Virus record (IMG/VR): IMGVR_UViG_3300025875_000621
Location: 30,638 to 94,637 of that record
Reading direction: 5' to 3' (one strand)
Length of the DNA stretch: 64,000 nucleotides
From: a virus
The position numbers and the translations under genes were made by a program. Under the pieces are notes generated by a model. It was not told the DNA's origin. It worked only from the letters and a program-made list of their open reading frames with translations, and did not search any database. Of the stretch, positions 9,419 through 17,204 are shown piece by piece. Positions within the stretch are counted from its first letter, which is position 1; every line of letters begins with the position of its first letter.

Positions 9419-9735
9419 GGCTGCTCCTCCCGCGCGCTGCCCCGCTGCGCCTGCGGCGGCCGCATCTTCCACTGGCCGGGCGCGCGCCTCCCCAGCTCCT
9501 GGAACAGAGCCGCCACCGCGTCATCCCGGGTAGCGGTCTCCGGGAGAGCGCGGACCAGCTCCCAGGCCACGCCGACGCCACGCGCCACGCCGGCGGTCTC
9601 CGCACCCTCCAGGCTGGTGTACACCCGCCCCACCAGCTCCTGCTCCAGCGGCCGCGGTAGCCGCGCACCATGCGGCATGCGCACCGTCTGCAGCGCCCGC
9701 GCCCGCCGCCGGTCATCCTCCTGCGGGGAGGTCAC
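9415..9735 (-). CDS. hypothetical protein flanked by 22-bp direct repeats
   Basis: GGAGGAG RBS plus GTG; repeats at 9415-9436 and 9732-9753. Confidence 0.6.
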   Translation of the reverse strand: MTSPQEDDRRRARALQTVRMPHGARLPRPLEQELVGRVYTSLEGAETAGVARGVGVAWELVRALPETATRDDAVAALFQELGRRAPGQWKMRPPQAQRGSAREEQP

Positions 9736-9753
9736 GGCTGCTCCTCCCGCGCG
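9415..9753. repeat. 22-bp direct repeat TCACGGCTGCTCCTCCCGCGCG (two copies)
   Basis: exact copies at 9415-9436 and 9732-9753. Confidence 0.9.
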
Positions 9754-10082
9754 TTCTCCCGGTGCTCACCGTCCGCGGTGCTCACCGTCTCCGCCTGGCC
9801 CTGCCCGCGCTGCTTCCTGTTCCGCGGCCGCCCCGGCACGCGCACCTCCGGCGGGCTCACGCCCACGCGGTCCAGCTCCTGCTCCGTCCACCCAGCCCGG
9901 GTGCACGCCGCGTACGCCTCAGCGTCCTCCTTCTGCCGCTCCGTCACCACGGCCTTCGCCTCACGCAGCGCCGTCCTGGTGCGGGCCATGGCCTGCACCG
10001 TGCTCATCCGGCCGGCCAGCTGCTCCTCCAGGAGCTGCCTGGCCCGGTCCTCGTACTGCTCTGGGGTGGGTGGGGTCGCCAT
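9732..10082 (-). CDS. plasmid-type helical protein divergent from the mob operon
   Basis: AYAACTRAGWTEQELDRVG...PGRPR resembles a family recalled next to mobC/oriT in actinobacterial plasmids. Confidence 0.6.
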   Translation of the reverse strand: MATPPTPEQYEDRARQLLEEQLAGRMSTVQAMARTRTALREAKAVVTERQKEDAEAYAACTRAGWTEQELDRVGVSPPEVRVPGRPRNRKQRGQGQAETVSTADGEHRENAREEQP

Positions 10083-10124
10083 GCACGCAGCGTAGCGCTC
10101 CCTCCCCTCACTGCCACCCCACTC

Positions 10125-10250
10125 CGTCTGTCCACAGCTGGGGGGAAACCCTGTGGGTGAGTGGGTGTGAGCAAGCTAGAGGGATAGGGCCCCTAACGGC
10201 GCCCCATCCCTGGACGCCAGGGTGACGCTGTGCGACCCTGGCGTACACCG
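10125..10250. other. candidate oriT
   Basis: non-coding gap between divergent units; minus-strand CTAGCTTG^C at 10171-10179 resembles MOBP nic sites; 10-bp inverted repeat 10214-10223/10235-10244. Confidence 0.45.
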
Positions 10251-10308
10251 GTGGTTCCCCTGGCGGGGATCGCTGCGCTGGGCTGACACACGACAGACGG
10301 AGGAGCCA

Positions 10309-10806
10309 GTGCCACAGGACAGGCCGCTGACGGCGGCGGACATGATGGAGCGGCTGCCGTTCAGCGTGCGGGGCACGCCGGGCTGGATGGACCGGGAGAC
10401 GGCGGACGGGCGGACCATCGCGGCCGGCGCGATCAGCGCCGTGGAGTGGGTCCCGCTCCTGGCGCTGTACACGCGGGCCCGGGAGGGCGGTCACGCGGGT
10501 CAGAAGATGGTGGGCTGGGTGAACGTGTACCGGTCTGGGCTGGACCCGCTGGAGCTGCTGGTGTCCGGGTCGTGCGACAACATCGCGCCGGGCCGATACC
10601 CGTGCGGGCTGGACCTGGCGGAGGTGGAGGGCACGCTGGACGGCATCGACGTGGCGGCCTGGGTCCGGGGTGAGCAGACGGAGGAGGAGGTGGGCCCGGT
10701 GCGGCAGCGGATCACGTCCGCGCGGGTGATCGGCGTGACCGTGTACCTGCCCGCGTCGGGCATGACCGGGGCGTTCCCGGACGCGTACGTGGAGGTGCTG
10801 AGGTGA
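10309..10806 (+). CDS. prohead-protease-like protein (stand-alone, displaced)
   Basis: ETADGRTIAAGAI...PLL...GH.G...VG and ITSARVIGVT...AFPDA resemble actinophage capsid maturation protease domains. Confidence 0.45.
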   Translation: MPQDRPLTAADMMERLPFSVRGTPGWMDRETADGRTIAAGAISAVEWVPLLALYTRAREGGHAGQKMVGWVNVYRSGLDPLELLVSGSCDNIAPGRYPCGLDLAEVEGTLDGIDVAAWVRGEQTEEEVGPVRQRITSARVIGVTVYLPASGMTGAFPDAYVEVLR

Positions 10807-11609
10807 CGGAGCTGGACGCCACGCGGCTGTGGCTCTCTGAGAACGGGGACCGGACGGCGCGGGACCGTGAGGTGCTGCGGACGGTGGTGGGTTCCGGGGT
10901 GCACGGGATCGCGCTGGAGGGGCAGGACGACCACGACGAGATGGGTGTGTTCGTGGAGTCCCCGCAGCAGGTGCTGGGCATCCGGGAGGACGCGCAGCAC
11001 TACGTGGCGCGGACGGTCCCGGAGGGGCACCGGTCCCGGCATGGGGACACGGACCTGACGCTGTACTCCCTGCGGAAGTACCTGGCGCTGGTGGCCACGG
11101 GGAACCCCACGGCGCTGCTGCCTCTGTTCACGCCGCGGGAGCAGGTGCTGCTGTCCACGCCGCTGGGTGAGCAGCTGCGCCTGTTCGGTCCCAGCCTGTT
11201 GTCTCAGCAGGCTGGCCGGCGGTTCCTGGGGTACATGACGGCGCAGCGTCAGCGGATCACGGGGGAGGACACGCGGCACACCCCGAACCGGCCGGAGCTG
11301 GTGGCCGCGCACGGCTTTGACACGAAGTACGCCAGCCACGCGCTGCGGCTGTGCATCCAGGGCCTGGAGGTGATGCAGACGGGGCGGCTGACGCTGCCGC
11401 TGCCGGACGGGCACAGGGAGCTGGTGCTGGAGGTGAAGCGCGGGGAGGTGCCGCTGGAGCAGGTGCTGGACCTGATCGACGTGCGCGCGGTGTTCCTGCA
11501 GTCCCTGCTGGACAGCGGGCGGTCTCCTCTGCCGGAGCGGCCGGACCTGGACGCGGTGAACACGTGGTCCACGGCCGCGCACCTGGGCTACTGGACGGCG
11601 GAGTCCTGA
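10803..11609 (+). CDS. Pol-beta superfamily nucleotidyltransferase (RlaP/PF10127-like)
   Basis: VGSGVHG...DDHDEMGV, GNPT, FDTKYASHALRL motifs. Confidence 0.85.
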   Translation: MTELDATRLWLSENGDRTARDREVLRTVVGSGVHGIALEGQDDHDEMGVFVESPQQVLGIREDAQHYVARTVPEGHRSRHGDTDLTLYSLRKYLALVATGNPTALLPLFTPREQVLLSTPLGEQLRLFGPSLLSQQAGRRFLGYMTAQRQRITGEDTRHTPNRPELVAAHGFDTKYASHALRLCIQGLEVMQTGRLTLPLPDGHRELVLEVKRGEVPLEQVLDLIDVRAVFLQSLLDSGRSPLPERPDLDAVNTWSTAAHLGYWTAES

Positions 11610-11761
11610 TGGACGTGCTGCTGGTGGTCCTGGCGGTGGTGGTCCTGGTCCTGTCCATGGCGTGCGGCTATCTGGGGCGCATGTTGCAGGTGGCTCTGCG
11701 GGAGCAGCGTGCGGACGCCGCGCGCATCCTGCAGGAGTGCGGAGGAGGACCGCTCCGGTGA
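11609..11761 (+). CDS. small membrane protein
   Basis: TGATG overlap, hydrophobic N-terminus. Confidence 0.55.
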   Translation: MDVLLVVLAVVVLVLSMACGYLGRMLQVALREQRADAARILQECGGGPLR

Positions 11762-12066
11762 GTGCGCCGTGGCCGGGCCGGGAGCATCTGCGGGACTGCC
11801 CGGCTGACACCGGGTGGGACGCCGTGGACTGTGACTGCGGTGGCCGGTCACGGCAGCGGGTGGGGGCGGTGCGCGCCCTGTCCGGTGCGGAGTGGATGCG
11901 GCGCATGCCGGAGGTGGAGGCCGCCTGGTGGCGGGACGTGCGGCGGCGGTTCATCGCGGAGTACCGGGCGCAGGGTCTGCGGCAGGTGCGGCCGCCGGAG
12001 GAGACCACGGAGTACGACGAGGAGGGTCGGATGGTGCGGCTGATCGTGGAGGGGTGGGCGGCGTGA
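11758..12066 (+). CDS. hypothetical protein
   Basis: GGAGGA RBS, GTGA coupling; H..DC...CDC. Confidence 0.55.
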   Translation: MSAPWPGREHLRDCPADTGWDAVDCDCGGRSRQRVGAVRALSGAEWMRRMPEVEAAWWRDVRRRFIAEYRAQGLRQVRPPEETTEYDEEGRMVRLIVEGWAA

Positions 12067-12179
12067 GGCGGCGTCACTGTGGGGCGTTCCACGTGGAGAG
12101 CGGCAGGTGGTGCGGCCGGTGGCGGTGGCACTTCGGGCGGCACCGGCTGGGGCGACGGTACGGGGAGGTGGGGAGGTGA
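12063..12179 (+). CDS. very small Cys/His protein
   Basis: coupled GTGA at both ends. Confidence 0.4.
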   Translation: MRRRHCGAFHVESGRWCGRWRWHFGRHRLGRRYGEVGR

Positions 12180-12583
12180 GGGAGCCGGGGCGGGAGCTGT
12201 CCCGGGAGCGCCGCGCGAACGTGCCGGGTGGCCGTCCTGGGCGGCACAAGGTGACCACTTCCCCGGAGGAGGAGGCGCAGCTGCTGCTGCTGGCTGGGGA
12301 GCTGCGGGTGACGGTGCCGCGGCTGCTGGTGGAGTCCACGCTGTCCCGGGACGGGGTGCTGCCGGCGGAGCGTAAGCAGCTGATGGTGGACCTGTTCGCG
12401 GTGCGCCGTCAGCTGTCTGGAGTGGCCACGAACCTGAACCAGCTGGCGCGGCGGGCGAACGTGGGGGAGCTGCCGGTGGTGGAGGTGCGGGAGGAGTTGC
12501 GTCACCTGCGGGAGGTGGCCGGTCCGGGTGGCCGGATTGACCAGGCGCTGGAGGCGCTGGCGGCTGCGGGGGTGGGCGGGTGA
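12176..12583 (+). CDS. mobC: relaxosome accessory protein MobC
   Basis: RRANVPGGR...VTVPRLLVES...LSGVATNLNQLARRAN. Confidence 0.9.
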   Translation: MREPGRELSRERRANVPGGRPGRHKVTTSPEEEAQLLLLAGELRVTVPRLLVESTLSRDGVLPAERKQLMVDLFAVRRQLSGVATNLNQLARRANVGELPVVEVREELRHLREVAGPGGRIDQALEALAAAGVGG

Positions 12584-12816
12584 CCACGCCGGAGCGTCAG
12601 GAGCTGCCGGTGGCTCTGACGACGGACGCGGGGGCGGTCATGGCGGCCACGCTGGACCTGCTGCGCGCCGGTGGCGTGGGGGTGGCCACGGCGCGGGAGC
12701 GGGCGTGGCTGGAGCTGTGCGGGGCGGCCACCCAGCTGGGGACGGCACTGGCCCGCTGGGACATGGCCATGGAGGCGTACAAGGACGCGCGGCGCGCTGA
12801 GGAGGCGGGGAGCTGA
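12580..12816 (+). CDS. hypothetical protein
   Basis: GTGA coupling to mobC. Confidence 0.55.
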   Translation: MTTPERQELPVALTTDAGAVMAATLDLLRAGGVGVATARERAWLELCGAATQLGTALARWDMAMEAYKDARRAEEAGS

Positions 12817-13010
12817 TGGGGACCGTGGAGGCGGAGCCGCCGTACGGGCCGGGCGCGCTGTGTGAGGAGTGCGGGCACTTCGCTGCCCGGCACGGCGCCG
12901 GTGGGTGCACCGGCGTGACCGCGAGCTGCGGGTGTGCAGGGATGCGCTGGCTGGGTGTGCTGTGGCCGCGGCCGTGGCTGCCCGCGCCGGACGGGCTGGT
13001 GGCGCAGTGA
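12816..13010 (+). CDS. small Cys-rich protein
   Basis: CEECGH...H...C...CGC, a phage-type motif; TGATG overlap. Confidence 0.6.
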   Translation: MGTVEAEPPYGPGALCEECGHFAARHGAGGCTGVTASCGCAGMRWLGVLWPRPWLPAPDGLVAQ

Positions 13011-13558
13011 GCGGGGAGCCGGACCCGCAGTACCAGGTGCAGCTGCGCCGGCCTGGGGAGCAGGCGTGGCAGGCGGCCACGACGTGGCAGCGGTGCGGGC
13101 GGAGCAACGCGCGGCAGCAGGCGCAGGTGTTCGCGGACGGCTACCCGGTGGGCGGTGCGGTGCGCGTGATGATGCGGGACGCGGTGGACGCCACCCCGGT
13201 GGAGGTGTTCCTGGAGGTGAAGGAGCCGGTGCGGAAGTGTCCGGCGTTGGACTGCGTGTGGGACACCCGCGGGACGGGTCACGGCGCCGGGATGCCGGTG
13301 TGCTGGCCGGACACCGGGAAGCTGGAGGGGTGCCTGCTGGGGAAGCGGCAGGAGGAGGCGGAGACCCCGGAGACGGACGACGCGGCGGCGGTGAAGCGGG
13401 TGCGCGCGTACTGCCAGGAGGTCAGCGCGCAGAGCATGGCGGCGGTACCCGCGGAGAGCCCGGAGGAGGGCAACCCGGAGGAGGCGGCCGCGGAGGCGCG
13501 GGCGGTGCGGTACTTCATGGCGCAGCGGGTGCTGAGGCTGCTGCGGGGGCCGGTGTGA
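13007..13558 (+). CDS. hypothetical protein
   Basis: GTGA coupling. Confidence 0.55.
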   Translation: MSGEPDPQYQVQLRRPGEQAWQAATTWQRCGRSNARQQAQVFADGYPVGGAVRVMMRDAVDATPVEVFLEVKEPVRKCPALDCVWDTRGTGHGAGMPVCWPDTGKLEGCLLGKRQEEAETPETDDAAAVKRVRAYCQEVSAQSMAAVPAESPEEGNPEEAAAEARAVRYFMAQRVLRLLRGPV

Positions 13559-13761
13559 CGGCGGCGCAGCGGCGGGAGCTGGTGGTGGCCCACGCGCTGT
13601 CCCTGGGGCTGTGCGGGGAGCGGTTCGGGCACCACGGGGTGTGCGACATGCCGCCCGGTCACCCGCCCATCGCGGAGGTCATGGGCTGGCTGCACGGTGA
13701 GGACGTGGGCGGTCCGCTGGACGCGTACCGGAGGCAGCTACTGGAGGAGGAGCGGACATGA
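13555..13761 (+). CDS. small Cys/His protein
   Basis: CG...CD.PPGH...H; coupled. Confidence 0.5.
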   Translation: MTAAQRRELVVAHALSLGLCGERFGHHGVCDMPPGHPPIAEVMGWLHGEDVGGPLDAYRRQLLEEERT

Positions 13762-14123
13762 GCGTGAGCCCAGAGGCGCGGGACTGGCTGGGTCGCCGTG
13801 TGCAGGTGCACCCGGCGTACGACACGGAGATGAAGCACCGGCCCATGGCGGAGGGCGTGGTGGTGGGGTTCTCCCCCGCTCCCAGCATCCTGGTGCGCGC
13901 GGAGGACGGGACGCAGACGGACTGGCAGGTGACGCTGCCCATCCGTGTGGTGGAGCAGTTTGCCGCCGCGCCGGCGTACGTGTCCCAGGAGGAGCGGGAC
14001 CGGGACCTGATCGCGCGGCACCTGCGCGCGGCGGCGTCCGCGACCAACATCACGGACTGGCCGGCGTACTTGCAGCGCGTGGCTGACGGGCACCGCACCG
14101 GCACCTCCTGGTACCGCCCGTGA
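13758..14123 (+). CDS. hypothetical protein
   Basis: GGAG RBS, ATGA overlap. Confidence 0.6.
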   Translation: MSVSPEARDWLGRRVQVHPAYDTEMKHRPMAEGVVVGFSPAPSILVRAEDGTQTDWQVTLPIRVVEQFAAAPAYVSQEERDRDLIARHLRAAASATNITDWPAYLQRVADGHRTGTSWYRP

Positions 14124-14248
14124 GGGCGTGGTGGCACCGGCGGCTGGGCCACACCGTGACGGTGCGGCGCGTGTCCGTGCCGATGTGGGACCCGTCCGCC
14201 CGGGGGGAGCTGATCGACTGCTCCTGCGGGAAGCGGTGGGCACGGTGA
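14120..14248 (+). CDS. 42-aa protein coupled to the relaxase
   Basis: GTG overlaps the upstream stop and its TGA overlaps the relaxase ATG; MRAWWHRRLGH...DCSCGKRWAR. Confidence 0.5.
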   Translation: MRAWWHRRLGHTVTVRRVSVPMWDPSARGELIDCSCGKRWAR

Positions 14249-15828
14249 TGCCGAACATCACCCGGGGCACCCGGCCGGGTGGGCTCATGGCGTACCTGGT
14301 GGGGCCAGGCCGGTCTAACGAGCACACGGAGCCGCACCTGGTGGCGGGGTCCTCCAGCATCATGGCCTGGTTCGATGAGGAGGAGCTGTCCCACGACGCG
14401 GCGCTGAGCATCGCGCGTGAGCTGGACGCCCCGCACCGGTTGTACGGGGTGGACGTCCCCGGCGGGCACATCTGGCACTGCTCCCTGTCCCTCCGCGCGG
14501 AGGAGGGGCAGCTGACGGATGAGCGGTGGGCAGAGATCGCCACGGACTTCATGGAGCGCATGGGCTTCTCCGGTGGCGGGGATGAGACGGAGCCCGGCGG
14601 GAAGGCCCCGGTGCGCTGGGTGGCGGTCCGGCACGGCCTGTCCAAGGCGGGGAACGATCACGTCCACCTGGTGGTGGACCTGGTGCGTGAGGACGGCACC
14701 CGGGCGGACGTGTGGCGTGACCAGGTGCGCGCGCAGAAGGTGTCCGGGGAGTTGGAGAAGAAGTACGGGCTGGAGGTGCTGGAGTCCCGCAGTCGTGGCC
14801 GTGGGGAGCGCGGGGTGAAGCCGTCGGAGCTGGCGCGGGCGCGGACCGCGGGTGCCCCGGAGACGGAGCGGGAGACGCTGGCGCGGACGGTGCGCGCCGC
14901 GGCCGCCGCCGCGGGGGATGAAGCGGAGTTCGTGCGCCGGCTGAGGGCGGAGCGGGTGCTGGTGCGGCCGCGGTACGCCACGGGCACGGACCAGGTGGTG
15001 GCCGGGTACTCCGTGGCCGTCCGTCCGTCCGGGACCGGGCAGCGGCCGGTGTGGTACGGCGGCGGGCACCTGGCCAAGGACCTGACGCTGCCGCGGCTGC
15101 GGGAGGACTGGGCGGACAGCCCGGAGGCTGCGCAGGGCGCGGTGGCGGAGTGGCAGGCAGCGCGCACGCAGCGGCGGCCGGCGGCGCCGGGCCGGGAGAC
15201 GCGGGTGCCTACCGCGGACGTGTGGGAGCAGGTGAACGCGGAGCTGGAGCAGGTGCAGGAGCGGCTGGGCCGCGTGCCCGTGGATGACGTGGCGGAGTGG
15301 GCGCGGGTGGCCCGTGAGACGTCCGGCGCGTTCGCCGCCTGGTCCCGGCGGGTGGAGACCACCCCAGGGCCGCTGGCGGCCACCGCGGACGCCCTGGCCC
15401 GGTCCGCGCACGTGCCTGCGTGGCAAACGCGTGGCCGGCGCCCGTCCGGGCCGTCCGCGCGGGGTGCTGCGCTGCTGCTGGCGTCCGCGGCGCACGGCGG
15501 GCGGGGCCCGGTGGCGGAGGCGGTGCTGCTGCGTCAGCTGACCAACATGGCGCGGGCGCTGCATGACGCGCATCTGGCGGTGGGGGATGCGCAGCGGGCC
15601 GCGCAGATCGCGTCCGCGGTGCGGCAGGACCTGGAGCGGGTGCGGCAGGTGCTGCCTGCCCCGGAGACGGCGCTGGCCCCAGCTGGGACGGTGCAGGAGG
15701 TGGCCCGGCCAGCGCCGCGGCCGCCCGCTCCCCCGGTGCGCCGGGTGGGGGACGTGCTGCCCGCGGACCTGGAGAGGGCCCGGCGGGTGCAGGACACCAC
15801 CGCAGAGCGCGGTGGCGCGGAGCGATGA
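14248..15828 (+). CDS. MOBP-family relaxase
   Basis: MPNITRG...LMAYL, HIWHCSLSL, VRHG...DHVHLVV (HUH). Confidence 0.92.
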   Translation: MPNITRGTRPGGLMAYLVGPGRSNEHTEPHLVAGSSSIMAWFDEEELSHDAALSIARELDAPHRLYGVDVPGGHIWHCSLSLRAEEGQLTDERWAEIATDFMERMGFSGGGDETEPGGKAPVRWVAVRHGLSKAGNDHVHLVVDLVREDGTRADVWRDQVRAQKVSGELEKKYGLEVLESRSRGRGERGVKPSELARARTAGAPETERETLARTVRAAAAAAGDEAEFVRRLRAERVLVRPRYATGTDQVVAGYSVAVRPSGTGQRPVWYGGGHLAKDLTLPRLREDWADSPEAAQGAVAEWQAARTQRRPAAPGRETRVPTADVWEQVNAELEQVQERLGRVPVDDVAEWARVARETSGAFAAWSRRVETTPGPLAATADALARSAHVPAWQTRGRRPSGPSARGAALLLASAAHGGRGPVAEAVLLRQLTNMARALHDAHLAVGDAQRAAQIASAVRQDLERVRQVLPAPETALAPAGTVQEVARPAPRPPAPPVRRVGDVLPADLERARRVQDTTAERGGAER

Positions 15829-15837
15829 GGAGGCACC

Positions 15838-16674
15838 GTGGCTGAGGACGATGGAGTGGACGAGGAGCTGCAGGCCGCCATGCGGCTGGGGGCCACCGCG
15901 GTGGCGGCCCTGCGGGAGCGGCGCGCCCGGGAGGTGCAGGCCGCCGCCCGTCAGGCGGAGGAGGAGTCCCGGCGGGCGGCCGGGCAGGACGGCACGCGCG
16001 GTGAGGCCACCAGGCAGGTGAAGGAGGCGGTGCGGCCGCAGGACCGGGAGCGGGGGGACCTGGGGGTGCTGCCGGAGGACCTGGCGCGGCAGCGGCAGGA
16101 GCGGGCGGCCGCGGAGGCGGTGGTGGCGGCGGACCTGGCGCGGAAGCAGCTGGAGCAGCGGTACGGGGCGGAGTGGGCGGGCCGGGAGGACCTGCCGGAG
16201 GTGGTGACCGTGGAGACCAGCCACGAGTTCTTCACGGCCGTGTCCGTGGCGGAGCTGGTGCAGGAGGAGCGGGACCTGCCGCTGGTGATGCCGGCGCGGG
16301 AGGTGCTGCACCCGGAGATGAAGCCGCTGCTGGACCTGCAGCGGGAGGCGGACGTGGCCGCTGGGCGGCCGCCGGTGCCGCTGGAGTGGTTGTCCCCGAA
16401 GGACGTGGAGGGGAACCCGGCGCTGGCGGACCAGTGGCTGCAGCAGCAGGTGGACTCCGGGGTGTTGTCCCCGCGCGTTCAGGAGCGGGCGCAGCGGTCC
16501 CTGGACGCCAGGCGGGCGGGCCTGAGCCCGGAGGCGGTGACCGCGGTGCAGCTGACGGAGGCCGCGCAGCGGACGCCGGGGTCTGCTGCCGTGGCGAAGT
16601 CGCCGGCCAGCGCGCCGCGGGCCCGGAAGTTCCTGGGCCGCGGGGGCGGGAAGGAGCAGGAGCGCAGCCGGTAG
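15838..16674 (+). CDS. helical protein downstream of the relaxase
   Basis: GAGGAGG RBS; DGVDEELQAAMR N-terminus typical of post-relaxase genes. Confidence 0.65.
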   Translation: MAEDDGVDEELQAAMRLGATAVAALRERRAREVQAAARQAEEESRRAAGQDGTRGEATRQVKEAVRPQDRERGDLGVLPEDLARQRQERAAAEAVVAADLARKQLEQRYGAEWAGREDLPEVVTVETSHEFFTAVSVAELVQEERDLPLVMPAREVLHPEMKPLLDLQREADVAAGRPPVPLEWLSPKDVEGNPALADQWLQQQVDSGVLSPRVQERAQRSLDARRAGLSPEAVTAVQLTEAAQRTPGSAAVAKSPASAPRARKFLGRGGGKEQERSR

Positions 16675-16706
16675 CGTGCACGGGGCCACCGTGACCCCGT
16701 GACGCA

Positions 16707-16740
16707 CAGAGCCCCCCACCCGTCTGGGTGGGGGGCTCTG
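16707..16740. terminator. bidirectional hairpin terminator
   Basis: CAGAGCCCCCCACCC-gtct-GGGTGGGGGGCTCTG between the convergent mob and tra operons. Confidence 0.8.
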
Positions 16741-16748
16741 CTGCGTGC

Positions 16749-17204
16749 TCAGCTGAACAGACCGTCCGGTGGCTTCCCCACAGGCAGGGGCTCCGGGCGG
16801 TCCTGGTGCCGCTCCGGTGTGCAGGAGCGCATGGGCCCGTCCGGGTCCGTCAGGGCGTCCATGTGCGGGCGGTAGTGGTCCCGCAGCCACACGGACATGC
16901 CGGTGGCCCCGTCCAGGCCCAGGTGCTCCCAGGCGCGCCACAGGGCGTCCAGGGTCAGGACGGCCTCCGGGTGCTCCCACCAGGTCTGGCACCACACGCG
17001 GTTCTGCCCGAACGCGCGCCGGTAGAAGGGCGCCAGCCAGTCCTGGACCCAGGTGGGGGAGTCCGGGAACTGGAGGGCGGGGGGCTCCTCCGGTGGCGGT
17101 GGTGGCTGCCGGGGGCGGGGCTTCACGGACGCGGCCAGGGCCTCCAGGGCCGGGTCTGTGCGGTCCTGCACAGACCCGGCCCAGGCGTCCGGGGGGACGA
17201 TCAC
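16749..17204 (-). CDS. DUF4913 family protein
   Basis: WC..WWEHPEA..LDALWRAWEHL...GMSVWLRDH...DGP. Confidence 0.85.
   Translation of the reverse strand: MIVPPDAWAGSVQDRTDPALEALAASVKPRPRQPPPPPEEPPALQFPDSPTWVQDWLAPFYRRAFGQNRVWCQTWWEHPEAVLTLDALWRAWEHLGLDGATGMSVWLRDHYRPHMDALTDPDGPMRSCTPERHQDRPEPLPVGKPPDGLFS

Noticed and set aside
10125-10160. Protelomerase telomere site at the skew flip
   Set aside because: Only a 6-bp inverted repeat and no protelomerase gene in the window.
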